From Amoebophrya sp. A120 (lineage: Eukaryota; Protista; Dinoflagellata): DNA of 64,000 nucleotides. The DNA lies in the NCBI GenBank assembly GCA_905178155.1, contig CAJINV010000003.1:10411732-10475731 (forward strand), in the 5' to 3' direction. The translations under genes were made by a program, and so were the position numbers. Shown here one piece after another: positions 58,646 through 64,000 of the stretch (position 1 is the first letter of the stretch; each line of letters starts with the position of its first letter). Below the pieces are notes generated by a model. It did no database searches and had not been told where the DNA came from. It was given only the letters and a program-made list of their open reading frames with translations.

Positions 58646-60030
58646 CGTCTTTCTAATCGCGGCCACGCACCTGCTCCTCAGTACGTAGTACGACCACCAC
58701 CGCGTTTTTTCAGCTTTTGTTTGGACAACATCAACTCTGGGTGCGCGGCGGTTCCCAGAAGGGCACGTCGATCCCCTGAACGTGAACGCACACGAGGAAT
58801 ATCATGAGATCCAATAGAATACATTTACATTTTTCCCGAAGAGCGTCACGTAGTCGACATATCAGCTCCAGCTTGCGAGCGACCTCCAGATCGATTGCAG
58901 TTGCACACAAGGCCATTCTTGGCAAGCGCTCAGATCATCGATTTTCGAAGCGTCTCATCGCAGTGCTCGGCCAAAGGTAGGAGCAGATGTGACCATTCTC
59001 TGCAAGTTTTTTTAGTGTCCCGTAATGGTGAATTAAAAGTCTAGAAGAACTACGACCACGGCGCTGTTGGTTCTCACATTCACATAACAGGAGGTAGAGG
59101 TAGAGGCAGAGGTAGAGCAGTGCGGCGCAGAAGTGTACGAATTGTTTTATTGTTTGACTTCTTCCCGATTGTGGACCTGCACCTGCAGCAACATTCTAGA
59201 GAAGTTTTCAACAAGTATGACTAGAAATTGACTACCGTTGCTGGAGGAAGTAAAAGTGAGATTTTATTACTCGAGGAAGTTGAGCAGGAATTCACAAGTG
59301 GTCTGACAGGTGCGTCGTGCAGGCCGCACTAAGTATTTCCGCGGAAGATTGACGGGTTCTTGTTTCAGTTTCTGGTGATCGTATCTCCAGCTAGGTAAAT
59401 GGAAATGATTGAGATTGTATATATATGGTATGAAGATGAACATGCGTGAACGTCGAGAGACCCAGGAGCACGGGGCGCAGTGCAGACCATGTTTCTGCCG
59501 ATTTCGAGGTGTATACAAAGATAAAAATGCTTCGGGCAACGAACCCGACGGTGGCGAGAGTGCTTCACCTTTCCCAGAGCGTAAAAGCCTTCCAGCACTC
59601 TTAATCGAAATGCTGCGGCGATGAAGTCGACGGCACTATAATGATTACCCGAGTGAGAAATTCGTCCAACTGCTTAGAATATCTGTGGGGAGGCTCACGG
59701 GGTCGGGGTCAGCGTGCCTCTTCTCACGCCAGCTGTTTTGGAAAGCCAAGTGCAGACCACTCGTTTTTTTCCCATCACGTCATTCTACCTATTGGGTTTG
59801 CACCTGCCGCGACTTCAAGAGCTACTCACTCACTTAGAAAAAGTTATGCTGACGCATGGTGCTGCTGCAGCTGCTGCAGTAGATGTAGAAGTACGTCGAG
59901 GAGATTTACTAGATTTATTACTAGCTCCGAAGTAGATAGGCATAGGTCTAGTATTGCTGCCGGGGCGCGGTGCGTTTGGGCCTCGGGCTTTTGTGACGAG
60001 CAAAGAGCGCCAACAAAGATAAACACGCTG

Positions 60031-62804
<2,774 letters not shown>

Positions 62805-63139
62805 TGAAACAAGTGAACTGCAACTCCGCCTCCGGTCCCGCACATTTGCCATGCAACATGGCGATAAATAATATATAAATTCCATGGCTCGGAACCTCCC
62901 AATAGAATAGCTCACCGGAAAATTTTAGTTGATTTCACTGGGGAACGATTTTCGTTTCCGGGCACCTGACCGCGTCGGACACAGCTACATCGCCGGGCAA
63001 AGCGGTCCGACTACACCTGCGGAGAAGTTGACGTCCCACCTTTGGGCCGCCCAAAAGTGAAAGCTTGCTAAAGCTTCAGGTTGAAAAACTGAAACCTCGC
63101 TGAGAAGTTGCGGCAGTCGTAGTTTTGGTCGTTTGTCAA

Positions 63140-63960
63140 ACAGTGAAACTTCACTGAGATTTCACTTTTTGAGCGCATTTTTTAAAAGATCTCATTTTGG
63201 GGCCACCCCGCCCAAGCGTGAGATTCCGGAAAAAGTGAAATCTCACTGAGATTTCACTTTCTGCACTGGAGCCCAGTGCGCCATGGAAAGTGAAATTTTT
63301 CAAAAAGTGAAACTCCACTGGAGTTTCACTTTTGGAAAGTGAAACTTTGGAAAAATAAAGTGAAATTTCACTGGAAAGCGAAGTTTTTCAAAAATTGAAG
63401 TTTCACTTTTTGAAGGTCTCATGTTTTAGCCTCCCAAAAGTGAAATTTTTCAGAAAGTGAAATTCCAGTGGAATTTCACTTTTCAAAAGTGAAATTTTGG
63501 AAAAAGTGAAACTCCAGTGGAATTTCACCCCATTTCCCAGTGGCGCACTGGGCCCCAGTGCCGCACTGGAGCCCAGTGCGCCACTGGGAAATGGGGTGAA
63601 ATTCCAGTGGAATTTCACTTTTTGAAAAATTTCACTTTTTGAAAAGTTTCACTTTTAAAAGTGAAATTCCACTGGAATTTCACCCCTTTCCCAGTGGCGC
63701 ACTGGGAAGTGGGTGAAATTCCAGTGGAATTTCACTTTTTGAAAAATTTTACTTTTTGAAAAATTTTACTTTTGGGAGGCTAAAACATGAGACCTTCAAA
63801 AAGTGAAATCTCACCGAGATTTCACTTTTTTTCAGTGCCGCACTGAACAAGGGGTGAAATCTCAGTGAGATTTCACTTTCAGAAAGTGAAACGTCACCGG
63901 GATTTCGCTTTTTTTCAGTGCCGCCCCGAAAAAGGAGTGAAATCTCACTGAGATTTCGCT
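63140..63960. repeat. Array of palindromic GTGAAA..CA(C/G)TG..TTTCAC units forming a nested foldback
   Basis: More than 10 palindromic units; long IR between 63409-63441 and 63768-63800. Confidence 0.9.
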
Positions 63961-64000
63961 GCGTTTTGAATTTCCAGTCGGGCTCCATCCTTCCCTCCCT

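Noticed and set aside
58700-59950. Gene between GT29 and glycerol kinase
   Set aside because: Only short unrecognisable ORFs and no consistent exon chain

Overview
Eukaryotic, intron-rich genomic DNA with nearly all recognisable genes on the + strand. Its architecture resembles the parasitic dinoflagellate Amoebophrya (Syndiniales); this taxon call is inference only. Recognisable genes: an LCAT/PLA2G15-family lipase, a SAM-dependent RNA methyltransferase, an EF-hand CorA Mg2+ transporter, a GT29 sialyltransferase-like protein, glycerol kinase (runs off the end) and several unknown multi-exon genes. The main signal is a family of inverted-repeat-bounded inserts from about 115 bp to 3.9 kb, mostly with TAT/TAC/TTA...ATA/GTA/TAA ends and a 5-bp flanking duplication, sitting inside coding exons. 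Removing the element plus exactly 5 downstream nt restores the reading frame, including conserved motifs (glycerol kinase ID|QGTT), even where the duplication has decayed and no GT-AG site fits. The two largest elements share a covarying hairpin motif, and one carries a structured-RNA-like module found three times in the window. There is also a 6.3-kb array of apparently identical 130-bp units that grew inside a dispersed repeat. All exon joins were deduced by eye and need RNA confirmation.
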